Below are positions 61,261 to 64,000 of a stretch of DNA of 64,000 nt, piece by piece. Position 1 is the stretch's first letter, and every line of letters starts with the position of its first letter. Origin of the DNA: Balanoglossus misakiensis (lineage: Eukaryota; Animalia; Hemichordata); contig CM082585.2 of NCBI GenBank assembly GCA_040954595.2, forward strand, positions 11,263,351 to 11,327,350, in the 5' to 3' direction. The translations under genes and the position numbers were made by a program. Under the pieces are notes generated by a model. It saw only the letters and a list, made by a program, of their open reading frames with translations. It was not told the origin of the DNA and made no database searches.

Positions 61261-64000
61261 TTTTTTGATAAAAATCATGGGTTATAGCTCATGAAAATCA
61301 TCCAGAAATGTGAATTTTCGACCTTTGCGAATTTCAAATTTGGTCATTTTTGATAAAAATCATGGGTTATAGCTCATGAAAATCATCCAGAAATGTCAAT
61401 TTTTCGACCTCGCGAAATTTCAAAATTGGTCATTTTTTGATAAAAACCATGGGTTATAGCTCATGAAAATCATCCAGAAATGTCAATTTTTCGACCTCGC
61501 GAAATTTCAAAATTTGGTCATTTTTTGATAAAAACCATGGGTTATAGCTCATGAAAATCATCCAGAAATGTCAATTTTTCGACCTCGCGAAATTTCAAAA
61601 TTTGGTCATTTTTTGATAAAAACCATGGGTTATAGCTCATGAAAATCATCCAGAAATGTCAATTTTTCGACCTCGCGAAATTTCAAAATTTGGTCATTTT
61701 TTGATAAAAACCATGGGTTATAGCTCATGAAAATCATCCAGAAATGTCAATTTTTCGACCTCGCGAAATTTCAAAATTTGGTCATTTTTTGATAAAAACC
61801 ATGGTTATAGCTCATGAAAATCATCCAGAAATGTCAATTTTTCGACCTCGCGAAATTTCAAAATTTGGTCATTTTTTGATAAAAACCATGGGTTATAGCT
61901 CATGAAAATCATCCAGAAATGTCAATTTTTCGACCTCGCGAAATTTCAAAATTTGGTCATTTTTTGATAAAAACCATGGGTTATAGCTCATGAAAATCAT
62001 CCAGAAATGTCAATTTTTCGACCTCGCGAAATTTCAAAATTTGGTCATTTTTTGATAAAAACCATGGGTTATAGCTCATGAAAATCATCCAGAAATGTCA
62101 ATTTTTCGACCTCGCGAAATTTCAAAATTTGGTCATTTTTTGATAAAAACCATGGGTTATAGCTCATGAAAATCATCCAGAAATGTCAATTTTTCGACCT
62201 CGCGAAATTTCAAAATTTGGTCATTTTTTGATAAAAACCATGGGTTATAGCTCATGAAAATCATCCAGAAATGTCAATTTTTCGACCTCGCGAAATTTCA
62301 AAATTTGGTCATTTTTTGATAAAAACCATGGGTTATAGCTCATGAAAATCATCCAGAAATGTCAATTTTTCGACCTCGCGAAATTTCAAAATTTGGTCAT
62401 TTTTTGATAAAAACCATGGGTTATAGCTCATGAAAATCATCCAGAAATGTCAATTTTTCGACCTCGCGAAATTTCAAAATTTGGTCATTTTTTGATAAAA
62501 ACCATGGGTTATAGCTCATGAAAATCATCCAGAAATGTCAATTTTTCGACCTCGCGAAATTTCAAAATTTGGTCATTTTTTGATAAAAACCATGGGTTAT
62601 AGCTCATGAAAATCATCCAGAAATGTCAATTTTTCGACCTCGCGAAATTTCAAAAATTGGTCATTTTTTGATAAAAACCATGGGTTATAGCTCATGAAAA
62701 TCATCCAGAAATGTCAATTTTTCGACCTCGCGAAATTTCAAAAATTTGGTCATTTTTTGATAAAAACCATGGGTTATAGCTCATGAAAATCATCCAGAAA
62801 TGTCAATTTTTCGACCTCGCGAAATTTCAAAATTTGGTCATTTTTTGATAAAAACCATGGGTTATAGCTCATGAAAATCATCCAGAAATGTCAATTTTTC
62901 GACCTCGCGAAATTTCAAAATTTGGTCATTTTTTGATAAAAACCATGGGTTATAGCTCATAAAAATCATCCAGAAATGTCAATTTTTCGACCTCGCGAAA
63001 TTTCAAAATTTGGTCATTTTTTGATAAAAACCATGGGTTATAGCTCATGAAAATCATCCAGAAATGTCAATTTTTCGACCTCGCGAAATTTCAAAATTTG
63101 GTCATTTTTTGATAAAAACCATGGGTTATAGCTCATGAAAATCATCCAGAAATGTCAATTTTTCGACCTTCGCGAAATTTCAAAATTTGGTCATTTTTTG
63201 ATAAAAACCATGGGTTATAGCTCATGAAAATCATCCAGAAATGTCAATTTTTCGACCTCGCGAAATTTCAAAATTTGGTCATTTTTTGATAAAAACCATG
63301 GGTTATAGCTCATGAAAATCATCCAGAAATGTCAATTTTTCGACCTTCGCGAAATTTCAAAATTTGGTCATTTTTTGATAAAAACCATGGGTTATAGCTC
63401 ATGAAAATCATCCAGAAATGTCAATTTTTCGACCTCGCGAAATTTCAAAATTTGGTCATTTTTTGATAAAAACCATGGGTTATAGCTCATGAAAATCATC
63501 CAGAAATGCACTTTTTCGACCTCGCGAAATTTCAAATTTGGTCATTTTTTGATAAAACCATGGGAAAATCATCCAGAAATGTCAATTTTTCGACCTCGCG
63601 AAATTTCAAAATTTGTCATTTTTGATAAAAACCATGGGTTATAGCTCATGAAAATCAACCAGAAATGTCACTTTTTCGACTTCGCGAAATTTCAAATTTG
63701 GTCATTTTTGATAAAAACCATGGGTTATAGCTCATGAAAATCATCCAGAAATGTCAATTTTTCGACTTCGCGAAATTTCAAATTTTGTCATTTTTTGATA
63801 AAAACCATGGGTTATAGCTCATGAAAATCATCCAGAAATGTCAATTTTTCGACCTCGCGAATTTCAAAATTTGGTCATTTTCTGATAAAAACATGGGTTA
63901 TAGCTCATGAAAATCATCCAGAAATGTCTATTTTCGACCTCGAGAAATTTCAAAATTGGTCATTTTTGATAAAAACCATGGGTTATAGCTCATGAAAATC
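61261..64000. repeat. Tandem satellite, 88-bp monomer (variant 2), about 31 copies, running off the window
   Basis: Monomer GGTTATAGCTCATGAAAATCATCCAGAAATGTCAATTTTTCGACCTCGCGAAATTTCAAAATTTGGTCATTTTTTGATAAAAACCATG. Confidence 0.95.

Noticed and set aside
48332-64000. CRISPR-like array
   Set aside because: No unique spacers, contiguous near-identical monomers, eukaryotic context and no cas genes.

Overview
Eukaryotic (animal) genomic DNA with GT-AG introns; the gene content suggests a marine invertebrate, possibly a non-vertebrate deuterostome, but the species cannot be fixed from the sequence. Bases 1-47,000 are gene-rich: an intronless SLC25A44-like mitochondrial carrier head-to-head with an intronless GT77/Nucleotid_trans glycosyltransferase; five minus-strand paralogues of an unnamed cell-surface protein (signal peptide, two tandem Cys-bonded CARDB/DUF11-like Ig-fold repeats, Ser/Thr stalk, then either a TM helix with cytoplasmic tail or a GPI-type tail), all with the same 4-coding-exon, phase-1 structure; four tandem intronless, divergent class A GPCRs; and an 8-exon SLC27/FATP acyl-CoA synthetase ending in SRL. 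There is also a 722-bp P-element-like non-autonomous transposon and several 17-23 bp P-like footprints. From about 48.3 kb to the window end lies a satellite array: an 87-bp monomer with 9-mer and 5-mer higher-order duplications, switching at about 61.3 kb to an 88-bp variant. All exon coordinates were read by hand from splice signals and frame checks; no database search was run.
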